From Mustelus asterias (taxonomy: Eukaryota): a stretch of 64,000 bases of DNA. The translations under genes were made by a program, and so were the position numbers. The stretch covers positions 12,958,001 through 13,022,000 of the forward strand of contig NC_135808.1 in assembly GCF_964213995.1 (NCBI RefSeq), given 5' to 3'. The notes beneath the pieces were generated by a model, which saw nothing but the letters and a program-made list of their open reading frames with translations, had not been told where the DNA came from and searched no databases. Shown here in pieces: positions 47,719 through 61,379 of the stretch. Each line of letters opens with the position of its first letter. Positions within the stretch are counted from its first letter, which is position 1.

Positions 47719-49965
47719 TCTTTCCAATGCTATCTCCTTCACGATAGCATTGGAAAGAGATAGGGTCAGGCAGGCTAGGAAAGTGTTTCTCTGGAGTAAA
47801 GGGAAATACAGTGTCATCAGGGAGGAAATTAGACGGGTAAATTGGAAGGAGGCATTCTTGGGGAAAAGTACCGAAGGAAAGTGGAGGATTTTCAAGGAAT
47901 GTTTGTCTGGAGCTCTGCATGACAACGTTCCGATGAGACAGGGGGGTGTTGGTAGGGTACGGGAACCGTGGTGCACGAAGGTTGTGATGAACCTGGTGAA
48001 TAAGAAAAGAGAGGCGTACAGAAGGTTCAGAGAGCTAGGAGGTGTTAAGGATTTAGAGGAGTATACGCGATGTAGGAAGGAGCTTAAGAAGGAAATTAGG
48101 AGAGCGAGAAGGGGTCATGAGAAGACCTTGGCGGGTAAGATTAAGGAGAATCCCAAGGCTTTCTACAAATATGTCAAGAGTAAAAGGATGAGATGTGAAG
48201 GCATAGGACCCTTAAAAGGTGAAGGGGGAAAAGTTTGTGCGGAACCGTTAGAAATGGCGGAGGTGCTTAATGAATACTTTACCTCGGTATTCACGGTGGA
48301 AAGGGATCTGGGTGGTTGTACTGCTGGATTGCGGAGGACAGAAAGGATCGAGCATGTGGACATAAAGAAAGAGGATGTGTTGGAACTATTGAATGGCATC
48401 AAGGTTGGTAAGTCGCCGGGACCGGATGGGATGTACCCCAGGTTACTGTGGGAGGCGAGGGAGGAGATTGCGGAGCCTTTGGCGATGATCTTTGCATCGT
48501 CGATGGAGACGGGAGAGGTTCCGGAGGATTGGAGGATTGCGGATGTGGTCCCTATATTCAAGAAAGGGAACAGGGACAGCCCGGGAAATTACCGACCGGT
48601 GAGTCTAACCTCAGTGGTTGGTAAGTTGATGGAGAGGATCCTGAGAGACAGGATTTATGATCATCTAGAGAAGTTTAGTATGATCAAAAGTAGTCAGCAC
48701 GGCTTTGTCAGGGGCAGGTCGTGCCTTACGAGCCTGGTTGAGTTCTTTGAAAATGTGACCAAGCACATTGACGAAGGAAGAGCGGTGGATGTGGTCTATA
48801 TGGACTTCAGCAAAGCGTTCGATAAGGTCCCCCATGCAAGACTTCTTGAGAAAGTGAGAGGGCATGGGATCCAAGGGGCTGTTGCCTTGTGGATCCAGAA
48901 CTGGCTTGCCTGCAGAAGGCAGAGAGTGGCTGTGGAGGGGTCTTTCTCTGCATGGAGGTCAGTGACCAGTGGAGTGCCCCAGGGATCTGTTCTGGGACCC
49001 TTGCTGTTTGTCATTTTCATAAATGACCTGGATGAGGAAGTGGAGGGATGGGTTGGTAAGTTTGCTGACGACACCAAGGTAGGTGGTGTTGTGGATAGTT
49101 TGGAGGGATGTCAGAAGTTGCAGCGAGACATAGATAGAATGCAAGACTGGGCGGAGAAGTGGCAGATGGACTTCAACCCGGATAAGTGTGTGGTGATCCA
49201 TTTTGGCAGATCCAATGGGATGGAGCAGCAGTATAAAATGAAGGGTACCATTCTTAGCAGTGTAGAGGATCAGAAGGACCTTGGGGTCCGGGTCCATAGG
49301 ACTCTTAAATCGGCCTCGCAGGTGGAGGATGCGGTCAAGAAGGCGTATGGCGTACTAGCCTTCATTAATCGAGGGATTGAGTTTAGGAGTCGGGAGATAA
49401 TGCTGCAGCTTTATAGGACCCTGGTTAGACCCCACTTGGAGTACTGCGCGCAGTTCTGGTCACCTCATTACAGGAAAGATGTTGAAGCCATTGAAAGGGT
49501 GCAGAGGAGATTTACAAGGATGTTGCCTGGATTGGGGGGCATGCCTTATGAGGATAGGTTGAGGGAGCTTGGTCTCTTCTCCCTGGAGAGACGAAGGATG
49601 AGAGGTGACCTGATAGAGGTTTACAAGATGTTGAGGGGTCTGGATAGGGTGGACTCTCAGAGGCTATTTCCAAGGGCTGAAATGGTTGCTACGAGAGGAC
49701 ACAGGTTTAAGGTGCTGGGGGGTAGGTACAGGGGGGATGTCAGGGGTAAGTTTTTCACTCAGAGGGTGGTGGGTGAGTGGAATCGGCTGACGTCGGTGGT
49801 GGTGGAGGCAAACTCGTTGGGGTCTTTTAAGAGACTTCTGGATGAGTACATGGGATTTAATGGGATTGAGGGCTATAGATAGGCCTAGAGGTGGGGATGT
49901 GATCGGCGCAAATTGTGGGCCGAAGGGCCTGTTTGTGCTGTGGCTTTCTATGTTCTATGTTCTAA
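47719..49965 (+). mobile_element. Young 5'-truncated CR1 LINE (710-aa uninterrupted ORF2 portion)
   Basis: RT motifs, (TTCTATG)n tail, TAAAAT duplication at both ends within an older CR1. Confidence 0.95.
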
Positions 49966-50449
49966 AATAGAGATGAATAGAAATTTCTTCTCTCAGAGGG
50001 TACAGGATCTGTGGAATTCTTTAGCAGAGGCCTGTAGAGGCTGGATCATTAAGTATGTTTAAGGTAAGATAGACAGATTTTTAATCAGTAAGGGAATCAA
50101 GGGTTATGGGAATAAGGTGGGAATGTACAGTTGAGGATTATCACATCAGATCAGTCATGATCTCATTGAACAGTGGGGCAGACTCGATGGGCCAAATGGC
50201 CTACTTCTGCTCTTATGTCATAGCTAATTGAATCCCTACAGTATAGAAGGAGGTAATTGGGCCCATTGCGTCCGCACCAACTCTCAGACAGAGTGTTTTA
50301 CCCAGGCCCTTTCTCCCGCCCTATCCCCGTAACCCTGCACATTTCCCATGGCATATCCATCTAACCTACGCATCTAGGGACACTAAGGGACAATTTAGCA
50401 TGGTTGACCCACCTAACCTGCATATCTTTGGAATGGTCATCATTAGACT

Positions 50450-52640
50450 TTTAATGATAGGTCTGGCCCAAAAAGTTAAAATTCTAAATTGGGGCAAGGC
50501 CAATTTTGATGGTATCAAGCAGGAACTTTCAAAAGTTAATTGGGGGAGTCTGTGGGAAGGCAAAGGGACGTCTGGTAAGTGGCATGTTTTCAAAAGTGTG
50601 TTAACTAGGGTTCAGGATAAACACATTCCTCTTAGAGTGAAGGGCAAAGCTGGCAGAAATAGGGAGCCCTGGATGACCGGGATATTGAGGCCCTGGTCAA
50701 GAAGAAGAAGAAAGAGGCACATGACATGCATAGGCAGCTGGGATCAAGTGAATCCCTTGAAGAGTATAGGGGGTGTAGGAGTAGAGTCAAGAGAGAAATC
50801 AGGAGGGCAAAAAGGGGACACGAGATTGTTTTGGCAGATAAGGCAAAGGAGAATCCAAAGAGCTTCTACAAATACATAAAGGGCAAAAGAGTAACAAGGG
50901 AGAGAGTAGGGCCTCTTAAGGATCAACAAGGTCATCTATGTGCGGATGCACAAGAGATGGGCGAGATCCTAAATGAATATTTCTCATCAGTAATTACTGT
51001 TGAGAAGAGCATGGATGTTAGGGAACTTGGGGAAATAAATAGTGATGTCTTGAGGAGTGTACATATTACAGAGGAGGAGGTCCTGGAAGAGCGCATCAAG
51101 ATAGATAAATCCCTGGGACCTGATGAAGTGTATCCCAGGACATTGTGGGAGGCTAGGGAGGAAATTGCGGGTCCCCTCGCCGAGATATTTGAATCATCGA
51201 TAGTCACGGGTGAGGTGCCTGAAGATTGGAGAGTGGCAAATGTTATGCCTTTGTTTAAAAAGGGCTGCAGGGAAAAGCCTGGGAACTACAGGCCAGTGAG
51301 CCTCACATCTGTGGTGGGTAAATTGTTGGAAGGTATTTTGAGAGACAGGATCTACAGGCATTTAGAGACGCAAGGACTGATTAGGGACGGTCAGCATGGC
51401 TTTGTGAGTGGAAAATCATGTCTCACAAATTTGACTGAGTTTTTTGAAGGGGTGACCAAGAAGGTAGATGGGGGCAGTGCAGTTGATGTTGTCTACATGG
51501 ACTTTAGCAAGGCCTTTCACAAGGTACCGTACAGTAGGTTGTTGCATAAGGTTAAATCTCACGGGATCTAGGGTGAGGTATCTAAATGGATACAAAAGCC
51601 AGAGGGTGGTTGTAGAGGGTTGTTTTCCAAACTGGAGGCCTGTGCCTCAGGGATCAGTGCTGGGTCCACTATTATTTGTCATTTATATTAATGATTTGGA
51701 TGAGAATATAGGAGGCATGGTTAGTAAGTTTGCAGATGACACTAAGATTGGTGGCATAGTGGACAGTGAAGAAAGTTATCTCCAATTGCAACGGGATCTT
51801 GATCAATTGGGCCAGTGGGCTGACGAATGGCAGATAGAGTTGAACTTAGACAAATGCGAGGTGATGCATTTTGGTAGATTGAACCAGGGCAGGATTTACT
51901 CAGTTAATGGTAGGGCGTTGGGGAGAGTTACAGAACAAAGAGATCTAGGGGTACATGTTCATAGCTGCTTGAAAGTGGAGTCACAGGTGGACAGAGTGGT
52001 GAAGAAGGCATTCAGCATGCTTGGTTTCATCGGTCAGAACATTGAATACAGGAGTTGGAATGTCTTGTTGAAGTTGTACAAGATATTGGTAAGGCCACAC
52101 TTGGAATACTGTGTGCAATTCTGGTCACCCTATTATAGAAAGGATATTATTAAACGAGAAAAGAGTGCAGAAAAGATTTACTCGGATGCCACCGGGACTT
52201 GATGGATTGAGTTATAAGGAGAGGCTGGATAGACTGGGACTTTTTTCTCTGGAGCATAAGAGGCTGAGGGGTCATCTTATAGAGGTCTATAAAATAATGA
52301 GGGGCACAGATCAGCTAGATAGTCAATATCTTTTCCCAAAGGTAGGGGAGTTTAAAACTAGAGGGCGTAGGTTTAAGGTGAGAGGGGAGAGATACAAAAG
52401 TGTTCAGAGGGGCATTTTTTTTCACACAGAGGGTGGTGCGTATCTGGAACAAGCTGCCAGAGGTAGTAGTAGAGGCGGGTACAATTTTGCCTTTTAAAAA
52501 GCATTTAGATAGTTACATGGGTACGATGGGTTTAGAGGGATATGGGCCAAATGCGGGCAATTGGGATTAGTTTAGGGGTTTTAAAAAAAGAAAGGGCGGC
52601 ATGGACAAGTTGGGCCGATGGGCCTGTTTCCATGCTGTAA
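50450..52640 (+). mobile_element. Degenerate CR1 LINE ORF2
   Basis: Frameshifted RT ORFs 50400-52497. Confidence 0.9.
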
Positions 52641-53384
52641 AGCTCTATGACTCTATGACTAATTCCAGGTTTTAATTTCATTGAAATTTCACCACCAGCA
52701 GTTGTGGGATTGTAACCCGGATTACCAGAGCATTACCCTGGAATACCACGGCCTCCCCTTGTGAAAGGGAGTCTCCATATTGTGGGCAGCATTCCCTCAG
52801 TCAGTTAGAGCCAGAGTCTGCCTCTCATCCTATCCCCCATGCCCATCCTTGACCCCCACTAACCCCCATGCATCCCCCATGAACATTAACCTGAACTTCC
52901 CCAAAAGCTTCCTCAGATTCTCCTCAATAACCTCCTCAAGGCCCTGAAAACTTCGCCTGAGAACATCAAAATCTTCACCACTCCAAAAACCTCCTCATCG
53001 ACATCTCTCTCCCCCCAGTTTCTGAAAAGTTAAATATTTCCTTCCTGAACAAAGTTAGCCCCAAAAAAGGGCTTTTCTGACCTGAAAGCGGTCCCTGAAA
53101 CTGAAGGCGGTTCATTTCCTTTTAAGGGAAATATGCAAATGAGAAAGCGAATGTTTTATCAACGTTTCCCTTTTTGGATAGGAACATTCAAACATTTATC
53201 AGAATAATATGGAAGGATTGAAGGAAGGACCTTGATGCAGAAGTCTTCAAGCAAAGCGTGTGACACCTTGGCCTTTGAAACTCACTCAATGTGACTGTAA
53301 GATGTACTGTTTAATGTCGGCTGGCAGCATGTGAGACTTTTGGCGCTAACTTACCAAGTAAAGGCGAAGGTGTGAAGTTTTGAT

Positions 53385-54245
53385 TTTGTGCTATAACCAA
53401 CTTCAGAGCGTAACCTGGATTGTTTAAGGGTGAAGACGTGATCCTGAGAGACTGGAGAGAGAGCGCGCGCTATAACCAACTTCAGAGCATAACCTTATGC
53501 GGGGATGAAGATTTGATGCTGAGGGACTGTGGAGCTATAACCAACTCGAGAGGAGAGTATAACCTGTTGTGTTGGTTGCACTTTTGTTAGATCCCCTTGT
53601 CTATTAGGTGTCTTCTCAATGGAAACTTGATCTTGGTTGTTCTGTTACTGAAGGAGTTGATGGCCGAGTCTGGTGGAGCTCCACACCAATATGTGGGCAA
53701 CACTTTGGATGCTTTGAATGTGCTTCTGTTGTGGCGCATATCCTTCTGGATACCTGTGGATTTGAGGCTTTGGATGTCCATTGTCTGCAGGGCTTCCCCA
53801 GTGCTGGATATGCAAATATTGCTTCTTGCAGCAAATTCCTGAGGACGGAGACCTGTTGTACCTGAAAATACTCAAACCAGAGCCTCACTTTACCCTGCCA
53901 TCTCAATGGGACTGTGGTGATTGTGTTCATCTACAACCCTTGGGTTCCATACATCGCTCTGCTCACCTTCCTTGCCAGGTATGTTAACAAGGTTAGCAAC
54001 TGTTCAAAGATCAGGGAAAAGTATGGAATCTGGACCATCAAGTGCAAGGTCAAGGTGACACTGAAGACTGATAAGTGTAATCCTCTACACCCCCACCCCC
54101 CCGCATCCCATCCCCCCATCTTTGAAATCCAAGGAAGCCATGGCTATCATTTCTGGCCAGATGTTTGTTCCTGTGGAAAGTGCTGTGCTCTCATCTGCAG
54201 GAATGGCAAGCACGAAGGACATCTCAGATTTGACAAATGTCTCTA
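53385..54245 (+). pseudogene. Degenerate L1/Tx1 ORF1 (ZCCHC3-like) with tandem ctataaccaact repeats at its 5' side
   Basis: VFIYNPWVP..LTFLARYV..KYGIWT.K.KVKV..HPP.F.I.G..GY then Cys/His knuckle remnants. Confidence 0.6.
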
Positions 54246-56789
54246 ATGTATTATGTTTCTTGTGCATTTAGAAATCATAGAAACCCTACAGTGCAGAAAG
54301 AGGCCATTTGGCCCATCGAGTCTGCACCGACCAAGATTCCACCCAGGCCCTATACCCACATCCCTACATATTTACCCACTAATCCCTCTAGCCTACGGCA
54401 CGGTAGCACAGTGGTTAGCACTGCTGCTTCACAGCTCCAGGGTCCCGGGTTCGATTCCTGGCTCGGGTCAGTCTGTGTGGAGTTTGCACATTCTCCTCGT
54501 GTCTGCATGGGTTTCCTCCGGGTGCTCCGGTTTCCTCCCACAGTCCAAAGATGTGCGGGTTAGGTTGATTGGCCAGGTTAAAAAAAAAAATTGCCCCTTA
54601 GAGTCCTGAGATGTGTAGGTTAGAGGGATTAGTGGGTAAATATGTGGGGGTAGGGCCTGGGTGGGATTGTGGTCGGTGCAGACTCGATGGACCGAATGGC
54701 CTCCTTCTGCACTGTAGGGTTTCTATGATCCCGGGACACTAAGGGGCAATTTAGCATGGCCAATTAACCTAACCCTAATCTTTGGACTGTGGGAGGAAAC
54801 CGGAGCACCCGGAGGAAACCCATGCAGACACGAGAATGTACAAACCACACAGGCAGTGACCCAAGCCGGGAATTGAACCCAGGTCCCTGGAGCTGTGAAG
54901 CAGCAGTGCTAACCACTGTGCTACCGTGCCGCCCCACATTTGTTTAGTGGTTTGTTCTATTGATGCCACTTTGTCCACCTGGCAGCCCATGTCACTGCAG
55001 CAGCATAATCTTAATTGCTGGAATGTTTGTCTCAAGTGGTTTAATGCAAGGTAGTTACTTCACTGTTTCCCCTGGGGTTTTCAGAGTGGGGCTTGATTTT
55101 GGTCTTTACAGGGAAAGTCGTGACTGGGTGGGGCTGGGCTCGCAGGAACCCAGTTAAGTTGTGTGGGGGCTATGAAGGAAATAGTTCTGAGTCTGGATTT
55201 GGAAACTGGGATCTGCCAGAAAGGTCTGAAGTTTTACCGAAAGAGAAAATGCTGGAAAATCAGGTCTGGCAGCATCTGTAAGGAGAGAAAAGAGCTGATG
55301 TTTTGAGTCCAGATGACCCTTCAGCTTAAAACTTAAGCTCTTCTCTCCTTGCAGATGCTGCTAGACTTACTGAGATTTTCCAGCATTTTCTCTTTGGTTT
55401 CAGATTACTGCATCTGCAATAATTATATGGAGAACTATAACCAACTTGAGAGGAGAGCAAATGATGGCTGAATCTAGTGGAGCTCCACACAAATATGTGA
55501 GCAACACTTTGGAAGGAACTACAAAAGGTAAACGTAGCCCAATCCATCACGCAAACCAGCGTCCTATCCATTTGATTTGATGTATTAACATAAGTGAAAA
55601 GTATTGTTTCCTGTGCGCTATGCAGACAAAACATACTTCATAGAGAAGGAAACGAGTGCGGAATGTACTGTTGCAGTCATAGCTAGGGTGCAGAGAAAGA
55701 TCAACTTAGTGCGAGGTCGCTCCATTCAAAAGTCTGACAGCAGCAGGGAAACAGCTGTTCTTGAGTCAGTTGGTGCGTGACCTCAGACTTTTGTATCTTT
55801 CCCGAAGAAAGAAGGTCAAAGAGAATGTCCGGGATGCGTGGGGTCCTTAATTATGCTGCCTGCTTTGCTGAGGCAGCAGGAAGTGTAGACAGTCAATGGA
55901 TGGGAGGCTGGTTTGCATGATGGATTGGGCTACGTTTACGACCTTTTATAGTTACTTGCGGTCTTGTGCTGAGCAGGAGCCATACCAAGCTGTGATACAA
56001 CCGGAAAGAATGCTTTCTATGATGCATCTGTAAAAGGTGGTGAGAGTCATAGCTGACATGCCAAATTTATTTAGTCTTCTGAGAAAGTAGAGGCGTTGGT
56101 GGGCTTTCTTAACTATAATGTCGGCACGGGGAGGCCAGGACAGGTTGTCGGTGATCTGGACACCTAAAGACTTGAAGCTCTCGACCCTTTCTACTTTGTC
56201 CCAGTTGATGTAGACAGGGGCATGTTCTCCTTTACACTTCCTGAAGTCGATGACAATCTTCATTTTGTTGACATTGAGGGAGAGTTTACTGTTGCTGCAC
56301 CAGTTCACAAAGTTCTTGACCTCATTCCTGTGCTCTCTCTTGTCATTGTTTGAGATCCAACCCACTATGGTGGTGTCAGCAAACTTGAAAATTGAATTGG
56401 AGGGGAATTTGGTTATAGATGTATAAGTATAGTAGGGTGCTGAGAACACAGCCTTGTGGGGCACCTGTGTTGAGGATGATCGTGGAGGAGGTGTTGTTGC
56501 CTATCCTTATTGATTGTGGTCTTGAGTTAGGAAGTTCACTTACTAATGAAGTCAGCTACTGTAGTGGCATACTCGTTCGGGCTGGTCGCAGAGTTTTTAA
56601 ATACTGACCAGTCCGCTGACTCCAAGCAGCCCTGTAGGGGATTAGCGGATTCCTCAGACCAACATTGCACGACTCTGATGGATTCTCCTGCTTCAGTTTT
56701 TGCTTGTAAGCTGGGAGCAGGAGCACAGCCTTGTTGTCTGATTTACCAAAGTGTGGGTGGGCAATAGAGCGGTAGGCACGTTTAGTTTA

Positions 56790-57910
56790 TTTCAAAAATA
56801 TACTTTATTCACAAAAAGAAACTCAAATAAGACATTTCAAATGACAGATCCAATAGTTACAAACAGTCCAATAAATGAATCATTTTTACCCTACAGTACA
56901 GTGCTTATTTACAAAACATTACATTCATTACATTTCATTACTTAAAACTATGTACATGCATCACCCGAGTTTACTGTGTGCCGTTATTTTTCAGGTTGGC
57001 ACACAGTTACGCAGGCCGAGGGTATTCTGCAGTTACCCGGCCCTCGGTCTGCCTCGGTTGAGACGCTTTACACGGTGGCCTTTCCCCTTTGTGACTTTGC
57101 GGCGGCTGCCCAAAGCTTGAGCGCGTCCCTGAGCACGTAGTCCTGGACCTTGGAATATGCCAGTCTGCAACACTCAGTCGAGGACAATTCTTTCAGCTGG
57201 AAGATCAGCAAGTTTCGGGCGGACCAAAGCGCGTCCTTCACCGAGTTGATGACCCTCCAGCAGCAGTTGATATTTGTCTCGGTGTGCGTCCCCGCAAACA
57301 GCCCGTAGAGCACAGAGTCCTGTGTCACCGAGCTGCTCGGGACGAACCGCGACAAATACCACTGCATCTCACTCCAGACCTTCTTTGCAAAGGCACATTC
57401 CACAAGGAGGTGTGCGACCGTCTCATCAGCCCCGCAGCCGCTTCGAGGGCAGCGTGTGGTGAGGTTGAGCCCTCTGGCGTGCATAAAGGATCTGACGGGG
57501 AGTGCCCTTCTCACCACCAGCCAAGCCAGGTCTTGGTGCTTGTTTGTGAGTTCTGGTGATGAGGCATTCTGCCAAATGACATTGACAGTCCGCTCAGGGA
57601 GCCATCCGACAGGATCTGCTGTCTCCTTTTCTCTCAGGGCCTCAAGGACATTACGTGCTGACCACTGCTTGATAGCCATGTGGTCAAAGGTGTGTTTCCG
57701 GAAGAATTTCTCCACGAAGGACAGGTGCTGCGGTACGGTCCAACTACTTGGAGCGTTCCGCGGCAATGTGGCCAGACCCATCCTCCGAACACTTGGGACA
57801 GGTAGAACCTCAAAAAATAGTGGCACTTGTTGTTAGTGTACCGAGGATCTACACACAGCTTGATGCAGCCGCACACAAAGGTGGCCATCAGGATGAGGGT
57901 GGCATTGGGA
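56790..57910 (-). mobile_element. L1/Tx1-clade ORF2 3' fragment (zf-RVT)
   Basis: CPRSGCGADETVAHLLVECAFAKKVW; AATAAA near 3' end. Confidence 0.85.
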
Positions 57911-58898
57911 ACTTTTTTTGTTTGATATTTGTGTAGCAGTGGTCTAGGGTGTTTGGGCCTCTGGTGGAGCAGGAGACGTGTTGGTGGTAACTTGGTAGAA
58001 CGCTCTTGAGCTTGGTCTGATTGAAGTCCCCGACCATGATGAACAAGGCCTCGGGATGTTTCGTCTCAAGGTGTATATTTTGGTGTATATTTTGTCCAGT
58101 GTGATCTTCACGCCCGCATGGGGTGGGATGTAAACTGCTGACTCCATTGACTCTGTCTATAGTACCAGCTGCCTCAGCAAAACAGCCAGCATAATTAAGG
58201 ACCCAACGCACTCTCTTCCACCACCTTCCGTCGGGAAAAAGATACAGAGGTCTGAGGTCATGTACCACAACCAACTCAAGAACAGCTTCTTCCTGCTGCT
58301 GTCAGACTTTTGAATGGGCTTAGTTGATCTTTCTCTACACCCTAGCTATGACTAACACTAAATTCTGCATTCTCGTTTCCTTCTCTATGAACAGTATGTT
58401 TTGTCTATAGTGTGCAAGAAACAATACTTTTCACTATGTTCATACATATGACAAATCAAATCAAATAATTTGCTTTTATCTCTGAAGTTTTGCTGTTTGA
58501 CGGTAGATCTTTCTCTGGAAACTGCTGTATGGGGGTCAGGAAATCTGTACCTTTCTACCTGTACCTTTCTATCTATCCCAAGGGGTCAAAAGGCAGAAAC
58601 TCTAGCATCCACTTGAGCATAATCTGTTTTTGGTAATAATTGGTTCTGAAGTAGGATATATGCCTGTGGGGATTTTGCTTAAATTAGAACTATAGCAATA
58701 AATAGCTGTTAAGAATTATACTTTGTCATGTTTTAATTGGTTACATTTATGCTGTTGAAGGGAGATTTAAAGAATAGGTTTAGAGAAAATAATATTGTTA
58801 GTTTAGGTGCCTATATAACAATTTATATTCGTAGGTACCTGTACAGCAATTTATATTGGTAGGGATAGATAGTACAGAATAAATGTGTATGAATTTAT

Positions 58899-59479
58899 TG
58901 TTATACGATCACAAAAGGCATGCATTTCAGCTCCACCATATTAACAGAAGTTCAGAATATTAAAATGACACAAAATGCATACTAGCTGGGCTGGTTTAGC
59001 CACATTCCTGAACACAATTAGCTGGCTTATTCACAAGCTTGTGTATAATAGACCACATACTGGTGGCTGGTACCAGTCTATGGTCCAAGGTCTTGGATGA
59101 AAACCAGACACATGAGATTAGGGAGGGCATTCATAGAAAATGATAAGGAGGCCGACTGGACAAGGAGTATTGTAAATTCAAGGACTCCAGATGGGAGAAA
59201 GGAACAAAATACTAATGAGTCGTGTCCATGGGACCACGAGCTGATCATGCATATGCCCTCCTTATGTCATGCCTTTTCCATTGGATATGTGACTAATGTA
59301 TATATTGGACAAGGTCCAGCTGTGATGGGCTGTGTAGGTGCTTGAAAAATATATAAGAATGGATGTTTTTCCTTTGTTCGTCGGAGAGAGGTACCAGATG
59401 CCATCTCCCTGCCGGTGAAATAAACCGTTTGATGCGAGGACCTGAGCGTTGAGTGATTTCTTTGAGACTCCCGCTAACA
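58899..59479 (+). mobile_element. ERV 5' LTR (~580 bp)
   Basis: Terminal inverted repeat TGTTA...TAACA, TATA (atatataag ~59350), AATAAA ~59419, immediately followed by a tRNA PBS; 5' boundary inferred. Confidence 0.7.
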
Positions 59480-59482
59480 GTT

Positions 59483-59500
59483 TGGTGCCGTGACTCGGAT
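59483..59500 (+). other. Primer-binding site TGGTGCCGTGACTCGGAT (tRNA-His)
   Basis: 18-nt complement of the vertebrate tRNA-His 3' end, as in HERV-H and walleye epsilonretroviruses. Confidence 0.9.
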
Positions 59501-59761
59501 TCCTCAGTTGACTGATACCATCAGAGAACCAGGTGAGTATATTTACTCATATAAGTACAGACTTATCACGAGACACGGGTGGTATTCGGCGACTGACGAA
59601 TTCCGAACTTGTGAACAGGGTCTGGCCAGCAGTCACATGGCGGTGGGTAGTTCGTTAAGAGATGTAGGCATTGTTTACTGTATTAGAATAACTTGACTTG
59701 TGACCCGGCAATCAGCCAAAAAAAGTGTCTACTATAAGTAATCCGGAAAGGATTAAAAGAA

Positions 59762-60262
59762 ACATGATGTGGAGATGCCGGCGTTGGACTGGGGTAAACA
59801 CAGTAAGAAGTCTCACAACACCAGGTTAAAGTCCAACAGGTTTATTTGGTAGCAAAAGCCACTAGCTTTCGGAGCGCTGCTCCTTCATCAGGTAAGGGGG
59901 AGTTCTGTTCACAAACAGGGCATATAAAGACACAAACTCAATTAACAAAATAATGGTTGGAATGTGAGTCTTTACAGGTAATCAAGTCTTAAAGATCCAG
60001 ACAATGTGAGTGGAGAGAGCGTTAAGCACAGGTTAAAGAGATGTGTATTGTCTCCAGACAGGACAGTTAGTGAGATTTTGCAAGCCCAGTCGTGGGAGTT
60101 ACAGATAGTGTGACATGAACCCAAGATCCCGGTTGAGGCTGTCCTCATGTGCGGAACTTGGCTATCAGTTTCTGCTCAGCGACTCTGCGTTGTCGTGTGT
60201 CGTGAAGGCCGCCTTGGAGAACGCTTACCAGAAGATCAGAGGCCGAATACCCGAAGATCAGA
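59762..60262 (-). mobile_element. Penelope-like fragment inserted in the ERV leader, with canonical hammerhead core
   Basis: CTGATGA-aggagc-agc-gctcc-GAAA at 59867-59891 (minus); LNRDLGFMSHY. Confidence 0.82.
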
Positions 60263-60779
60263 GCCCGAATTGACAGATTAATATAATTATAGATGAGGGA
60301 AATAATTCAGTGGAATAAATGAGAAAAGAAAATGAACAGGGTAATAAAAGATATGTTATAGAGGAGCTGATAGTAAACAGAGGAGGACAGAATAAAAAGT
60401 GAGATTCATTGGACACGAGAGACATTTAAAGGGATTCTAGGAAGTAGAATGCAGTTTAGGTGATAGCTATGGTTGAAGGGACAAAGTTTCCTTAAAAGAA
60501 AGAAGAGGTAAGATAGACACTAAACTGTTCTGAGTTTGGGATGATTTTAACATAAGAAAATGTGCTGTAAGCAAGTTGCCTTAATAAAATGATGTGATTT
60601 AACAACAAACAATAAAAACAAGTTATGGCCTGGGATCAAATTGAAAGGTTTGATTTCTGTTTCAAAGATGTTATTAGGTTACAGAATTTGGTAAAAAACA
60701 TTGCAGAGGACTGGGGGAAGGTTATTTGTGTACAATGGCTTTTCACCAGAAAAGGGGCAAGACCTTTTGCAGATTGAAG

Positions 60780-61125
60780 ACTTTTGAGCTATTGTAGGAA
60801 GTTTGTGGAAGATTATGCCCAGGTGCTCAAGCTCTTATAGGACTTGATGCAGGGAGGAAGGGCTAGTCAGGAAAAGATAGAGGGGGGAGATGCAGAAGTG
60901 CAGGCTTTGTGACAGCACCAGCTTTGGGATTGCCTGACATCACCAAACCATTCCACACTTTCTGTAAGGAAAATGATGGAATGCAGGCAGCTGTACTTGC
61001 TCCGCAGCAGGGACAGACTATTAGTGAGAGTGACCCCTGAACAAGTGAGGCTTGCACCCAAATGGACCGGACCCTACGACATCATTATGACCAGTGACAC
61101 TTGTGTTTGTATTGATATGAAAACT
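60780..61125 (+). pseudogene. Deleted class I ERV pol remnant (RT connection + integrase C-terminus)
   Basis: Translates to YCRKFVEDYAQV..., VTAPALGLPDITKPFHTFC, LAPKWTGPYDIIMTSDTCVCI with stops and large deletions. Confidence 0.8.
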
Positions 61126-61379
61126 GAAGAGTTAGAATCCAAAGGATAATGTCTGAGCCCACCATGATCCCGATATGCTGAATGTTACCAGGCGTGGGTT
61201 AGCAATTGGGCGTTCACGTTTATTTTTCATTTATATGGGGTGTACATTATTTTTAAATGGCCAATATCATGGACTCGACCAAGGTGCCGCTTGCCGGAGC
61301 CACCTGAAGAGATAGAAATGTTAAGGCCCGCCTAACCTAAATCAGATTCTCTCCTTTTACCCCGAGGGCATCAACTCGC

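Noticed and set aside
53570-54245. Host ZCCHC3-like gene
   Set aside because: Frameshifted, intronless, flanked by element-type 5' repeats; best read as decayed Tx1/L1 ORF1
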